Shown here piece after piece: positions 40,156 to 54,217 of a stretch of 64,000 nt of DNA (position 1 is the first letter of the stretch; every line of letters starts with the position of its first letter). Made by a program: the position numbers and the translations under genes. The notes beneath the pieces are model-generated. The model had not been told where the DNA came from, made no database searches, and saw nothing but the letters and a program-made list of their open reading frames with translations. The stretch is from Octopus vulgaris (taxonomy: Eukaryota): positions 51,708,001-51,772,000 of the forward strand of contig OX597824.1 in assembly GCA_951406725.2 (NCBI GenBank). Direction: 5' to 3'.

Positions 40156-41261
40156 TCAACTGATTTTCATCTGCTCCAGTACTGTTCTGACCTCGTCCAT
40201 AGAATTCATATTTTTTCCGTCAAAATGATTTTGAAGACTGCGGAATAAATGATACTCAGATGGGGCAATGTCCGGCGAATATGGTGGGTCGAGCATCATT
40301 TCCCATTGAAACTGATCCAGCTTTTGGAATGTCATACTCGCTGTATGTGGCCGATCATTATTCTGATGGAAAAACACCCTTCGTCTTGAAATCAAAGGCG
40401 GTCGCTTTTCTTCTAGCGCTAACTTAAGCCGCTCAAGCTGCTTGCAGTAGATCTCCTTTGTTATCGTTTGGCTTGGGTTTAAAAGTTCAAAGTGGACTAA
40501 ACATTTCATATCCTACAAAACAGATAACAACACCTTACGTGGGTGAAGATGCCGGTGTTTCTCCTTTTCCTACCCACTGTCTTCGGTATTTGATATTTTT
40601 ATAGTGAACCTATTTCGCGCCATCAATCACTATTCGGTCTAAAAGAAAAGTTTCATTGGTGAGACATGGCATCAAAGAAGAGCACACATTCACTCTCTGC
40701 GCACGATTAGACTAGGAAAGTTTGTGAAGAACCCAATTTGACCCAATTTGCTGACTTTTCCGATTGCATGCAGGTGTCGATGAATAGTTGAATAACCAAA
40801 TCCAAGATCTCTGTTAGTTCCTCAACAATTACAAGGGATATTGTTCCACTAGAGTTTACAGGATGTCCTCGTCGAGCTCTACAGATCATCCAGGGTAAGG
40901 CTCGTCTTCTAGGCTGTAATTTCCGGCTCGGAATTTCTGGAACTACCGTTAACACTGGCTTATGCTTATTGTCCGATCCCCATATACTGCATTAATATCC
41001 CTCGCCTTTTCCGTCGTGTTGTTGCCTTATTGAACTCAAAAAGCAAAATATGCCGAATATGCTCCTTTGTCAATTCCATTATAGCTCTGAAAGAAAAACT
41101 GTTAAAATCGAACTGCACTCTTCAAAACTTGCACTAAGAATAAGTACAAGGTAAAATTACTACCTGCTTTTATAGCAAGTTCATGCAGGTAGTTTATCCC
41201 GTCCCCCTCCGACTTTTAGTTCATGCAATTGAAAATAACTGCAATATTTATGGGATGACCA
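40156..41261 (-). mobile_element. Mariner transposon, decayed, 3' TIR missing
   Basis: HQNNDRPH and PPYSPDIAPSEYHLFRSLQN in ORF 40156-40509. TIR-like TGGTCATCCCATAAATATTGCAG next to (TA)n at the right end. Confidence 0.88.
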
Positions 41262-41339
41262 TATATATATATATATACACCTATATGTATATATGCATAC
41301 ATATATACATATATATATAGGCATATATATATATAAATG

Positions 41340-41420
<81 letters not shown>

Positions 41421-41778
41421 TGTGTGTATGTATGTTTCATGTTGCAGAGGGTGGTGATGGTGTTTGTAAAGACATTACCCATAATTGCTCCTGTGTCATT
41501 GGGTTCAAAACTTAGCATTGAAATAATCAGATCGCCAGTCACTCAGTGAAGTTGTCTTTCTGTCTGCCTGTCTGTCTGTCAGTGCGCTCGGCCTCAGAGA
41601 AGGCAGTTTCGCCACTTTCCTTTGACTAACAATTTCGGTGCTAATTTGTAGCTTTTGACGTTCACAGGACTCCCCCGCCTACCTCCATTTGTATTTTCTC
41701 ATTTCCTTTCTTTCTCACCGGCTCCCTCCCTCCATTTCTCTCTCTCTTTCTCTCTCTCCCCGTCCATCATTCTGTCAA

Positions 41779-41789
<11 letters not shown>

Positions 41790-41848
<59 letters not shown>

Positions 41849-41857
41849 CATCCATCC

Positions 41858-41912
<55 letters not shown>

Positions 41913-41921
41913 CATCTATCC

Positions 41922-41992
<71 letters not shown>

Positions 41993-42001
41993 CATCCATC
42001 C

Positions 42002-42043
<42 letters not shown>

Positions 42044-42089
42044 TTATCTATCCATCCATCTATCTATCTATCTATCTATCTATCCATCC

Positions 42090-42164
<75 letters not shown>

Positions 42165-42189
42165 CATCCATCCATCTATCCATCCATCC

Positions 42190-42264
<75 letters not shown>
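41790..42264. repeat. (CTAT)n/(CCAT)n microsatellite, ~470 bp
   Basis: Seen directly. Confidence 0.98.
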
Positions 42265-42267
<3 letters not shown>

Positions 42268-42512
42268 TCCTTTTAGTCCTTCCTTTCTTACAGCTACGCT
42301 TAAAAAAATGAATCAATAAGCAAACCTTGAATTAAAAAAAAAGAAAGAAATGAAATCCCGGTTTTAAAAATAACACCAATGAAAATTGTAGACAAAATAA
42401 AAATGAAGGAATGGAAAAACCAAACCACTCACCATCCAAATAAACTAATGAATAAAGCAAGGAAACTAATGTAAACAGAGTGTATTGGTGCATGTGTGTG
42501 CGTGTGTATATA

Positions 42513-42587
<75 letters not shown>

Positions 42588-43186
42588 TACATACATAGGG
42601 AGAAAAAGAGAGAGAGAAAAAGAGAGAGAAATACAAGCATATCAAATACCCTACAACATAAATTCTAGAGTGTGTATCCTAATTACTACATGGCAATTAA
42701 GACAATCTTCATTTAAGAAGGAGAAGATCATCTCAAGAAACAAGGATTTCCCAAAATTGTAAAGGTAAAGTTACATTCTCGATTGTATGTATGTATGTAT
42801 GTATGTATGTATGTATGTATGTATGTGTGTATGTATGTATGTATGTGTGTATGTATGTATGTATGTATGTATGTATGTATGTATGTATGTATGTATGCGT
42901 GTGTGCGTGTGTGTACATTAACATTTACAAAATAGCTATACATAGTAACAACTCTACAATAATTTTACAAGTGAAACAATCTTTAGGAATCAGATGTAGT
43001 GTGTGAGTATGGGTGTGGGGAGGGATGGCACCGAGTTGATGGTTGATAATTGCACTGCATCAACAAACTGTTAGCTTTGATTATCACTCCACTCGTGCCA
43101 CATCCAGGTATTATCATCTCATCAGGATGACAAGTCGAATGTATGAGATCTATTCATTCACACATTCGGATGCACAAGCACGTCCA

Positions 43187-43233
<47 letters not shown>

Positions 43234-43260
43234 ACACACCCACGTATATATGTGTATGAA

Positions 43261-43578
43261 GGCGCGTGGCTTAGTGGTTAGGGTCTTTGGTTTACGGTCA
43301 TAAGGTCGTGAGTTCGATTCCTGGCAGCGTGTTCCATGAGCAAGACACTTTATCTTATGTTTCTTCAGTCCACTCAACTGGCGAAAATGAGTAGTACCTG
43401 TATTTCAAAGAGCCAGCTTCGTTATATTCTGTGTCACGCTAAATCTCCCTGAGAACTACGTTATGGGTACACGTGACTGCGGAGTGTTCCATTCACTTTC
43501 ACGTTAATTTCCCGAGCAGGCTGTTTCGTTGATCAAATCAACTGGAACCCTTCTCGTCGTAATCAACGGAGTGGCAGT
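43261..43578 (+). mobile_element. tRNA-derived SINE family C
   Basis: A-box TGGCTTAGTGG, B-box GAGTTCGATTCC, followed by a non-tRNA body (TGAGCAAGACACTTTA...CAGTCCACTCAACTG). Confidence 0.85.
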
Positions 43579-45180
43579 TATATGTATGTGTGCACACATA
43601 CACTCCACAATATTTTCCTTTATTCAGTTGCCTCCTATCCCGACCGTGCACATTGACTTCCTAACCCATCTGATTTAATTGCGTGCGTCTCCCTTTTAAT
43701 ATGACGAATTTTTATTTACAATATCTCACATTGATAGGAGGTCAATCACTTATCCATTGTCCGTTCCTGTCCAATCTGTGTGTTCTACACTGCACTTATT
43801 TCATCTTTCATTTCCACTGTGGTCTGTCATATAACCAGCTTTTCTGATATCAAATTTCCTTCCTGTCAGCTGAGCAGCTAAAACAAATGCGATTCATCAA
43901 ATCCCATTGCATCATGTGACAACTAGCTTTTGTTATTTCAAACCCCTTCACCAGTGATGTTAAATGAAATTGGAGTTTTGTAGTGGCACTATACAATCTC
44001 ATTCCTGTAAAACATAGAGATGGATGAAACTACACCGGTTAGAATTTTGCTAGTACTTAAGGTGCTTGCGCACCAGTCTTATTAACGATATTTCATACAT
44101 TTGAAATGGTTAGTAAATCGTCAGTATAAGGCTAAGTTGATAACATCAGGCTTTAAGTTATCCTGGCAAAGTTTGTCGATGGCTCCACTAGTACATGTTA
44201 GCTTGCCTACATGAAGTATAATCAATTCAAAGTACTCTACAAATAATTAAAAAGTAAACAATCCCCAGCCATAGCTAAATGCAAAGTTTACAAAATTGAA
44301 TTTCTGGCACACCATATGAAAAGGATAAGCGGCATAGTCTTCAAATACTGTGTTATGATTATTCTGCCCGAGAATTACATTAAGGATATACGTGTTCTTC
44401 TACAACAAACATATTTGTTCCTGTTTTCGTTTCTGGGGTTGAAAAGCAATGTCTAGCAAATTCTGTTGTTACGCAGCAGCCTGACTGATATAAAAGTGGA
44501 TGCGAGAGAATGTACAAAACTAATATTGTCTAATGATTTTGTCAAGAAAGCACTGTGAGGTATTGGTACACGAATTGTCATTATATAGTGTGTTAATTAC
44601 CTTTATAGCGGGGTCTGAGCAATTTATGATCATATTTTGAACATTTTCCACTGAGTTTAATATGTGTGTAAGCATGCGTGAATGCGTACGTGTGTGTGTG
44701 TTTCTATTTAACGGAAACTGTATAGAAATCTGTCGGGTGGATTGAAATAGTCATTCAAACATTAAAAACTGTGGCTGGCTGATTCTGCCCGACAATTACT
44801 TTAAGTGAACACTTGTTTATGGAATGCTCAGCCACTTACATGGTGATTCAGGAGCAGATAACTCCGTTTGAACCCTCATCGCCAAACGATGGAAATCCAC
44901 CACTACGACAACGACGACGACCACCATCATCACCATCACCACCATACACATATTTAAGAGCGATTAAAAAGCATACAAAAACTGTTATATTCATTTTTTG
45001 CTTATTTGTCAATGTGTCAAAATGTTCGTCGCATTTCCGCGACCTGATTATAACTGACATAATTTAACAAAGATACTAAGGAATTGTGATTGTGACATCT
45101 CAAAAAATAAACGTAAAGTCAATTTAACAGATTTTTGTGTGTGTGTTCCTAAATGGTTTGAATGGCTCTTCCTCGATGTA

Positions 45181-46401
45181 ACAGGTTGAGTAAAAAGTAA
45201 ACAACGTTTTGAGCCATGGAGAATTTGTACTGGATTTTTGCAGAGTTTTGAAATTTTATAAACATTTTAATTTTGCAATTGTCTGATAATATAGACATAG
45301 ACTTGCCCAAATGAATCAATAAATTAACATTGATATTTTTTTCTGGATATTCGAGCAATTCAACTTCAAAAAAGAACGTAAAGCAGCTGAAACTGCTCGC
45401 AATATCAACGAAACATTTGGTGAGGAAATTATCAGTGAGTGGTCAAATCGAAAATAGTTTGAACGATTTCACAGAGGAGACCTGAGCTTGAAGACCGTGA
45501 ACTTAGTGGATGCGCATCTACCATCGATGACGGTCAATTAAAGACCTTTATTGAGAAAGATCCATGTAAAACCACTTGAGAACTGGCAAAAGAACTTCAA
45601 GTTAGCCAGAATACTGCCTGCAACCATTTGCATGCGATCTAAAAATAAAAACAGCTCGATAAATGGGTACCATACGATTTGAATGAAAATAAAAAAAATA
45701 TGCGCGGGTATGAAATGTGCTCGTTGCTTCTTCTCTGTAACCAGACCGATCCATTTCTCGACCGTATTGTAACTTGCGATGAAAAGTGGATTCTGTACAA
45801 TAATAAAAAATGTTCTTCGCAGTGGTTGGACCAAAATGAAGTACCGAAAACCTTCTCTAAACCCGAGCTCTTCAAAAAGAAAGTTATGGTGAGTGTTTGA
45901 TGGTGTACTGCTGGACTCATCCACTATAACTTCTTAAACCTGGAAAAACCATTACGGCAGGAACATTGCCATGAAATTGCTACTCCTCCATCCCAGACTG
46001 GTCAACAGAAGAAGGTCAATCGTTCTTCATGACAATGCTCGACCACACGTTTAACTAATAACACTCCAGAAGTTGAGGGAACTTGGCTACAAAGTTCGTT
46101 CCCACCCACCACATTCCCCAGACCTTTTTCCTACTGACTCCCACTCTTTCAAGCACCTTGATGGTTTCCTGCGATAGAAGGAGTTCAAAAATCAATCCGA
46201 TTCTGAAAGTGCGTTCAAAGAGTTCATCAACTCCAGAACTCCAGATTCTTATGTTACCGGAATAAACAAACTTGTAATTCGTTGGCAAAAATGTATTGAT
46301 TCTAAAGGTGCTTACATTGATGAATAAAATTCCCGCATTGTTGAAATGTATTGTGATGAAGTTCGTGTTTCAAAACGTTGCTTACTTTTTACTCAGCCTG
46401 A
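45181..46401 (+). mobile_element. Mariner transposon, full length, disrupted
   Basis: TIRs CAGGTTGAGTAAAAAGTAAACAACGTTTTGA / TCAAAACGTTGCTTACTTTTTACTCAGCCTG, TA on both sides. Motifs WVPYDL, TCDEKWILY, HDNARPH. Confidence 0.95.
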
Positions 46402-46492
46402 TAATTCCGTCAGTTTCAACACACCGTCTCAGACTATAACATTTGCTTGACATTTGTAACTCCCAAAATCTATCTAATCTATCTATCTATCT

Positions 46493-46546
<54 letters not shown>

Positions 46547-46621
46547 GCCTGCCTGCCTGTCTGTCAGTGCACGCTTATGATATAAATGCATGTGTACATG
46601 TATGGAATGTATATATATGTG

Positions 46622-47248
46622 ATTATTCAGTTTTATTTTAAGATTTCCTGCCAATAGTGAAAGAGCCGGTTTCTAACTTAGATCAAAGGTTCCTTCATTG
46701 GAATTTCAACATCAACGATTGGGTATATTTGTATGCATGTGTGTGTTTATGAATATGTGCATATTTGTATATCTTGTTTTATGTATGTCTTCTCATACAT
46801 ATACTTGCATATCTAGACATGCTCATATATACTTAAATGATTAACTTCTGGAAAGTTTTACAGAATTTTTAGTCACAGTGATGACTTTGATATGTAGTCT
46901 TCGAATCAGCTTTCTCCTTCCTGGTTTTGAGAAGCTTAATTTCCCAACATTGGTATTTAGACAGTGTGTTACATATCCCAGTGCCCCTATAATCACAGGT
47001 ATAAACCTGAACTTGTAATCTGGGTAGAGTAGCTGTATATTCCTCAATAGTTCAGCTCAGGTGTTTCGATTTTCGCTAATCTTTAGCTTAATGTTAACAT
47101 CAGCCCATTTCTAAAACTGTACACAATTTCTCTTCTCTTTCTAATATTAGTATGTCAGTTCTCTTATGTTTACATTTTATTGAGGTTTTCACTGGGACAT
47201 TGTACCAGTACTCCTTTTTTGTTATGAGTGGCTATGGCTTCTACCATA
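46622..47248 (-). mobile_element. R4-like RLE LINE 3' end next to (TATG)n
   Basis: KEYWYNVPVKTSIKCKH..., LRNIQLLYPDYKFRFIPVIIGALG. 3' end AAATAAAACTGAATAA. Confidence 0.85.
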
Positions 47249-48089
47249 ATGTATGTATGTATGTATGTATGTATGTATGTATGTATGTATGTATGTATGT
47301 ATGTATGTATGTATGTATGTATGTATGTATGTATGTATGTATGTATGTATGTATGTATGTATGTATGTATGTATGTATGTATGTATGTATGTATGTATGT
47401 ATGTATGTATGTATACATATGTATGTATGCATGTATGTATGTATGCATGTATACATATGTATGTATGTATGTATGTATGTCAATGAAATTGTTACTTTTT
47501 AAGAGAGCAAAATCTTGATTCTTTCCTCTAAGTAAGAAATCATTTCCACCCTGATTCTTTATAACTTTCGGGATTGAAGCAAGAATGAGACTAGATACAA
47601 ATGCTAAATCGAGGTTAGGGACTCATGCTAGCTTTCATTATATTAATAGCTTCTCTCTCTTCATTGTCAAATGTGGAGATGAGAAAGCAGACAACGCTGC
47701 TGAGTTGTGGAATAAAGAAATAAAATCATTTTCAAGGAGACCACCCAGAGTTTATGTTGTTGATGTCAGTTTTAGTTTGTTGCCACTACTTAACAAGACC
47801 ACGAGTAGACAGGGAGGAGAAAGCAGCTGAGTCAATCCGAAAATTCTGGAAACCTTTTTCTATTCTCATGTGTGACCGTCAGAAACTGAATTGCCATGAG
47901 ATACGTTTGGCCGTTTAACTGTTAGGATAATGATACACCATTTCCCGTCTTCTTTATATAATTGGCAGGAAAGTTGTATTAAGGAAGCATTCATTAGTTT
48001 GAAAGTGCTATCATCGTTTGTAGTTGTGTACTACACTTAGCTTCTGGTACCAGTTCGCAGCATATCCTACATAATAAAGTTCTCAGGAC

Positions 48090-48230
48090 CATATATTTGT
48101 TGGGTACCTAAAATAAATATTGACAGGCCCTATCTATCAACAAAGGAAGCAGAAACAGGTTTGTTAAATGTAGAAGTCAACGTCAGTACTGCGATATTGG
48201 GTTTGAAAATGTAAACTGTGCATAGTGAAG
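48090..48230 (+). mobile_element. Old R4/Dong-like RT C-terminal remnant
   Basis: PKINIDRPYLSTKEAETGLLNVE resembles the HPKxxxDRLYLPRxEGGRGL motif. Confidence 0.5.
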
Positions 48231-48432
48231 AAAGAAAACACTGTTACACTGTTGCTAGACGCTAATATATTACTGGTACTTAATTTATCGAGCCCTAAGT
48301 GATGAGAAGAGAAGTAAAATTCGGTGGAAGTCTAACACGGGATGAAGAAAGTGAATAAAAAATTATTCGGTATTTCGTTTGCTTCATTACGGTTCGTACC
48401 ATGCCATCACCTTAATCTTTGTACATAATATT

Positions 48433-48638
48433 AGTTTCAAATTTTGGTACAAGGCCAGCAATTTCGGGGAGAGGGTAAGTCAATTACATCAACTCTGGTA
48501 CTCAAATTTTATCGATCCTGAGAAGATGAAAGGCAAAGTCAACCTCAACAGAATTTTGAACTCAGAATGAAAAAACGGAAGAAATGCCGCTAAGCATTTT
48601 ACCCGGAGCGCTAAAGATTCCGTCAGATCGCCATCTTA
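48433..48638 (-). mobile_element. SINE family A
   Basis: Diverged reverse complement of the adjacent copy. Confidence 0.88.
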
Positions 48639-48667
48639 CATCTTTAAACGTAATATTATTTATTTAT

Positions 48668-48890
48668 TAAGGCGGCGAGCTGGCAGAAACGTTAGCACGC
48701 CGGGCGAAACGCCTAAACGGTCTTTCGCTTGTCTTAACTTTTTAAATTCAAATTCCGCCGAGGTTGACTTTGCCTTTCATCCTTTCGGAGTCGATAAATT
48801 AAGTACCAGTTTCGTACTGGAAGATCGATCTAATCGACTGGCCCTCTCCTCCAAAATTTCGGGTCTTGTGCCTAGAGTAGAAAAGAATAT
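48668..48890 (+). mobile_element. SINE family A, full length reference copy
   Basis: GGCGGCGAGCTGGCAGAAACGTTAGCAC A-box-like head, TTCAAATTCCG B-box-like, core and AT-rich tail. Confidence 0.92.
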
Positions 48891-49260
48891 TATTTATTTA
48901 TTGATTTGATAAAAGGTTTTCGCATTTACAAGATCACCTTCTCCAGCTGAATTTAGCTTTTCTAGTAAATCTAGAGGTTTCCATTAACAGATTTATTGGT
49001 GCAGTGAACAGACTGGTTTGTCTAACGGAGATGGAAGTTCATTAGGCATTAAAATAAGCGGAACCACATTTCTGCTACACAGAGCTATCTAGAGTTAAAA
49101 ACTCTCATGAGTTTGACTTGGAATGAGCAATATGGTCATGTATTTCACAGAAGCACTAATAAATGATCCTTTCAGATCATTTACTTGTGATGAAAAAAAA
49201 AAAATTGAGTCAAGCTTGTAGTAACAGAGGTCGATCGTTCAACTGAAAAAACTAATATTG

Positions 49261-49451
49261 ATTTCAAATTTTGGCACAATGTAAGTCGATCACATCGACC
49301 CTAGTGTTCAACTGGTACTTATTTTACCGACCTCGAAAGAATGAAAGGCAAAGTCGACCTCGGCAGAATTTGAACTTAGAAAGCAAAGACGGGCGAAATG
49401 CCGCTAAGCATTTTACTCGGCGTGCTAACGATCCTGCTGGCTAGCCACCTT
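49261..49451 (-). mobile_element. SINE family A
   Basis: ATGAAAGGCAAAGTCGACCTCGGCAGAATTTGAAC core in reverse. Confidence 0.88.
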
Positions 49452-50431
49452 CTGGACAACTAATACTAAACATCATTGAATAACACCTGATCACCTCTAA
49501 CAGTGGACTACTACTTCACATAAGATAGTAAAAAAAATCCCACAATTCAAAGCGCTCTAAATTCAAACCTTATCAAAGACTTTTATTTAGTTCAAGTTCA
49601 TCAACTTTTCCTTTGTGAAGACTTAAGTTTTTACTCTGTCCGCGTATTTTGCATTAACTCTTAGTTGTCCCGGCTGATGCAGGTTTGAATTAATAGGAAT
49701 CTCAGTCAGGGATTGAAAATTTATAACTTTGCATGTGTTTTGTTTCAAAGAAAAAGAGGTTTCTTTGTTTTCTGCTTTGGGATTTGAAAGTGTTTCCTGA
49801 AATCGACTACCGTCCTGTCAGAGGGCATACAGTGTATCCTGTGCGTTTCTTCACTAGGTGAATATTTCAGTGTAGGTGTGTGTGTGTGTATGTGTGTGAA
49901 GGGGAGAGTGGGAGAGAAAAAGAGAGATAGAGATATGAGTTCATATATATGTGTGTGTATGTGTATGCGTGTGTGTGTGCATATACATATATATGTATGC
50001 ATGCATGTATGTATGTATGTATGCATGTATGTATTATGTATGTATGTATGTATGTATGTATGTATGTATGTATGTATGTATACATATACACACGTACAAA
50101 ACTGTTACAAGGTAAAGGTTGATCGTGACTTCAAAATTTCAGATTGCTCATGTTAAACATTTTATATATAACTTGACATAAATACAAACATTTATACATA
50201 CAAACATACATACATACATACATGCATACATGCATACATACATACTTACATACATACATACATTCATACATACATACATGCATGCATACATAAATACACA
50301 TACATAAATACACACACACACATACATATATATATACATACATATATATATATGTATATATGGATATTTATATATACATATGCATATACATATGTGTTTA
50401 TATATATATATATATGTATATATATATTTAT

Positions 50432-50516
<85 letters not shown>

Positions 50517-51056
50517 TGTATGTATGTATGTATACACACCCAAAGAAATGATAATAAAGAAAATTATAAAGAATAATATATTAAGAATGATATACAAAAA
50601 ATAAAGAATTGGCAATTTTGAAGAAGACAGGTCTGAAATTTCTAGAATTCCGCTGAACAATCGAACACTTTAATAAAAAAGAAAAAAAAAGGAAAAAAAA
50701 GGTCACTTATGAGAGGTACATCATGTCAGCCGCATCGTAAATGACAACATGACAAATAAGAAGTAAAGGAGGACAGAAAGAACGAAAGAACGATGGGATT
50801 GAAAGGGTTAAACAAATAGATGAAGAACGAAGAACAAATATAATACTTGACAGAAATAGAAAATAAAATGTATGCCCACGTTAATGTAGGTCTCTTAAAA
50901 ACATAGCACATAAAATAACAAGTGGACCAATATGCTTACAACCTCGCAGCTTTTATTGCTTCATATCTTCCCAGGAACATATTTCGTTTATTCCTTTCTT
51001 CTATTTTTCTTCCTTCGATAGAGTTGATTTATGTGCTAGGTGTGTGTGTAGTTGTT

Positions 51057-51102
<46 letters not shown>

Positions 51103-51377
51103 TGTTTGTGTGCGCGCGCGTGTGTGTTAGTGATGTATGTTTATATTATTTTCCGACGCCATTTCAAAGTGTGCAACAAAATATTTCGCTTTGTTACATC
51201 TTATTGCATAATGGCAACTACACACACACACATATTTCGCCTAGGCATTGCGAGACTAATAACCTGGTGTAGAACTCAGTATACTTATGCTTCAGATAGA
51301 AGTGTTAGACGAGTATAGAGCGGTAATAAGAAAATATGGTGACAAAGGAAAAGAGCTATTATGTTATGAACTTCATT

Positions 51378-51423
51378 AGCTTACAGCTGTTTCTGCTATA
51401 AGATGCAGTGGACTCATAGTTGA
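51378..51423 (-). ncRNA. Degenerate type I hammerhead
   Basis: CTATGA (G5 missing)...GCA-GAAA-CAGCTG-TA-AGCT with palindromic ACAGCTGT stem III. Confidence 0.45.
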
Positions 51424-51747
51424 GTGCCTAAATAACACCCTACAACTTCATGAGAGTCTCGAATATGAAATGCAATTCATTTGGAAAAAGAATTGCTTAT
51501 GTGCATATATATAGGAAAAAGCATTACTGGTGGGAAAGTCAATTCGGATGTATATAAAAAGTGTATATCCAAAAGGTAATTAGGGATAATAGTAAAAATA
51601 TGTATATATACACGTACACACGCAGCCAATACATCTGTATTCCGGGTTTAGGTTAGTCCTACTGCGTGACATCTTGGGCAAGTGTCTCCTACCATAGCCC
51701 AGGCCGAGCAAAGCCTTGGGAATAGATTGGCAAACTGAAATGATAGG

Positions 51748-51805
<58 letters not shown>

Positions 51806-51892
51806 GTAATTGTTAAAGAAGACAACAAACGTAAAGGCAAGGCAAACATCTCAAGTTATATACATTATTATTATTGGAAAAAAGATTCAAAA

Positions 51893-51946
51893 TCTTACAG
51901 CTGTTTCTGGGATATCCCAGAGTGTGGGATATTCTGTCATCGGAGA
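51893..51946 (-). ncRNA. Type I hammerhead-like motif
   Basis: TCT-CCGATGA-CAGA-ATATCCCA-CACTC-TGGGATAT-CCCA-GAAA-CAGCTG-TA-AGA. One core change (U4 to C), 8-bp distal stem II, palindromic stem III. Confidence 0.65.
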
Positions 51947-52169
51947 CAAATAGGGAAAATGAAAAGGATATAGATTAATGAAATGACGACATAGAGGACA
52001 GGAGTAAATGAATAAGAAGATGAAGAAAGAGAAGAAAAAAGAAGCATAAAAGTTCACAGTTCAATTCTTCAATAAGGATGTGCAATCTTGCGCAATTCCA
52101 TGTAGGTTAAACATCTACACTATCAGGACTTTATGGCCGCAGTCTAATGACTGAAACAAGCAAAAAGTA

Positions 52170-52732
52170 TTGGGTTGTCTGGAAAGTTCGCGCTAATTTA
52201 TAGTAGCTTACCTTTCGACTTATTTTAGAACATGGTTGAGTCCATAAAATAGGATTTAACTACGCCTTCATTCAGAGACCAGTTTAAGCTATCTTTTCGC
52301 GGAAGAAGGTTTATGTTCCTATAACCTGTGTTAATTTTGTAACCCTTTAAAATGGAAGATAAGAAAGTTCATTTTCGGCACTTGATGCTTTGGGAACCAG
52401 ACAAAAATTGCTGCTGCTCGGCTGGGATGTGTTACCCCACCCTCCATATTCACCAGATATTGCTCCTTCGGATTGCCACTTATTCAGGTCTCTGCAGAAT
52501 AGTCTTAATGGTAAAAATTTCAATTCCTTGGATGACGTAAAAAGATACCTTGATGAATTCTTTGCCATGAAACTACCTCAATTCTGGGAAGAGGGTATTT
52601 TCAAGTTAAAGGGAAAATGGAAACGCATTGTGCAACAAAATGGTTTATATTTGGTTGATTAAAAATGTAATGGCAAGTATTTATTGACCTTTTTTCCTTT
52701 AAGAATCGGCACGAACTTTCCGGACAACCCAG
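52170..52732 (+). mobile_element. Internally deleted mariner (MITE-like, ~563 bp)
   Basis: TIRs TGGGTTGTCTGGAAAGTTCG / CGAACTTTCCGGACAACCCA, TA TSD. The N-terminus MEDKKVHFRHLMLWE is joined to the C-terminus LGWDVLPHPPYSPDIAPSD. Confidence 0.93.
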
Positions 52733-53309
52733 TAAAAGTCAAAAGGTAATATTTCTTTACCTTCATCTTTCTGGGTGCAAATAACATTCAACTACTAGGA
52801 TGATGGATGGGGTTTACTGTTCTTTCGTTCAAAATTTGTTGGGTAGCGGATAAAATGACTCTCGCTCAGTATTTAAACCCAGCGCGAATTAACTTTCCAT
52901 TTAACCCTTTCTATAGTTTAGAAACTAATTATCAATAAACTATTGGGACTAATTAATTAACCGCATACATTTTTAATTAGAAAAAATATGGCCTTAGGCC
53001 AAAGTTAGAAATTATTTGTTTATACTAAGCGCGTCTACATTTTAAAACTTTATATCCAGTTACAGAATTAGTAACTGGAAAGCAAGAAAAATGACTTTAT
53101 ACATTTGTACACACGTGCGTATGTAAGTGTATGTGCGTGTGCATGTATGTGTGTGTCTACGCGTGTGTGCATGTGTGTGTGTGAATATTCTCTTTGGAAC
53201 AAAATATATATGCATATATGTACGTATGTATGCTTATATGTACTCACACGATACACATACACTGCCCTACGCACGCACACACACACATACACACACACGC
53301 ACACACACA

Positions 53310-53366
<57 letters not shown>

Positions 53367-54165
53367 GCACTAGATGATTCAGCAAATGTAGGCAATATTT
53401 GAAAAGAGAGAATTAGAAAGGTATATATTGAGGAGCATGATGAGAAAGAAACATATACGGAAAAGGAAATCTGATCGCGAGTAAGAAAAAGTAGGAGGGA
53501 GAAAGAGTAGGAACAGGGTAGAGTGATAGAGAGAGAGAGAGAGAGAGGGGGAGGGAGAGAGATAGAGAGAGAGTGGGGGGAATGGGATTAGGATTAAAAG
53601 GTATAAGGTGAAGTAAACATACGAACATGAGATGAGATGTGATAATATGCTTGTTTACGAAGAACGAATGATTTTGTTTTTCTTGTCTCGCCCGCGTTCT
53701 TTTGAAGGGGTGGGTATGTGTGCTGCTAATTATTGCTGCTGACACCTTACAAAAATTTCGATTTGTTAAAGTTACCACAACAACAACAACAACAACAACA
53801 GGAACAGCAGCAACATCGACGATAAAACAACAGCAATAACAGCAACAACAGCAGCAGAATCAACAGGAAACACATCATCATCAGCAACAACAACAGTAAC
53901 AATCAGAGAGAAGTCAGTGTATGTTGCGTGATTACATAGAACATGTTGACAATTTGCTTCTCTCCAGGCAGAATGAAGGTCTGAAAGAGATGGATATACG
54001 ATACAACATGAAATAGTGATTTATCGACAAAATAACTGAACCGTACGGCAGAGGTGAACGTCTGCTTCCAGCTAGACTTCGTCAGTCGCTGCTTTCATTT
54101 CAACAACAATAACAATTCCTTCTTTCACTTTGCTCATACAGCTAAGCTTTCTTTCTTTCCTTTTC

Positions 54166-54217
<52 letters not shown>

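Noticed and set aside
43261-43335. Functional tRNA gene
   Set aside because: A and B boxes are present but it continues into a SINE body and a clean cloverleaf could not be drawn.
44813-45067. Possible host exons (also 47585-47830 and 15690-16079)
   Set aside because: No recognisable domain or consistent splice pattern. Short exons cannot be excluded without RNA-seq.
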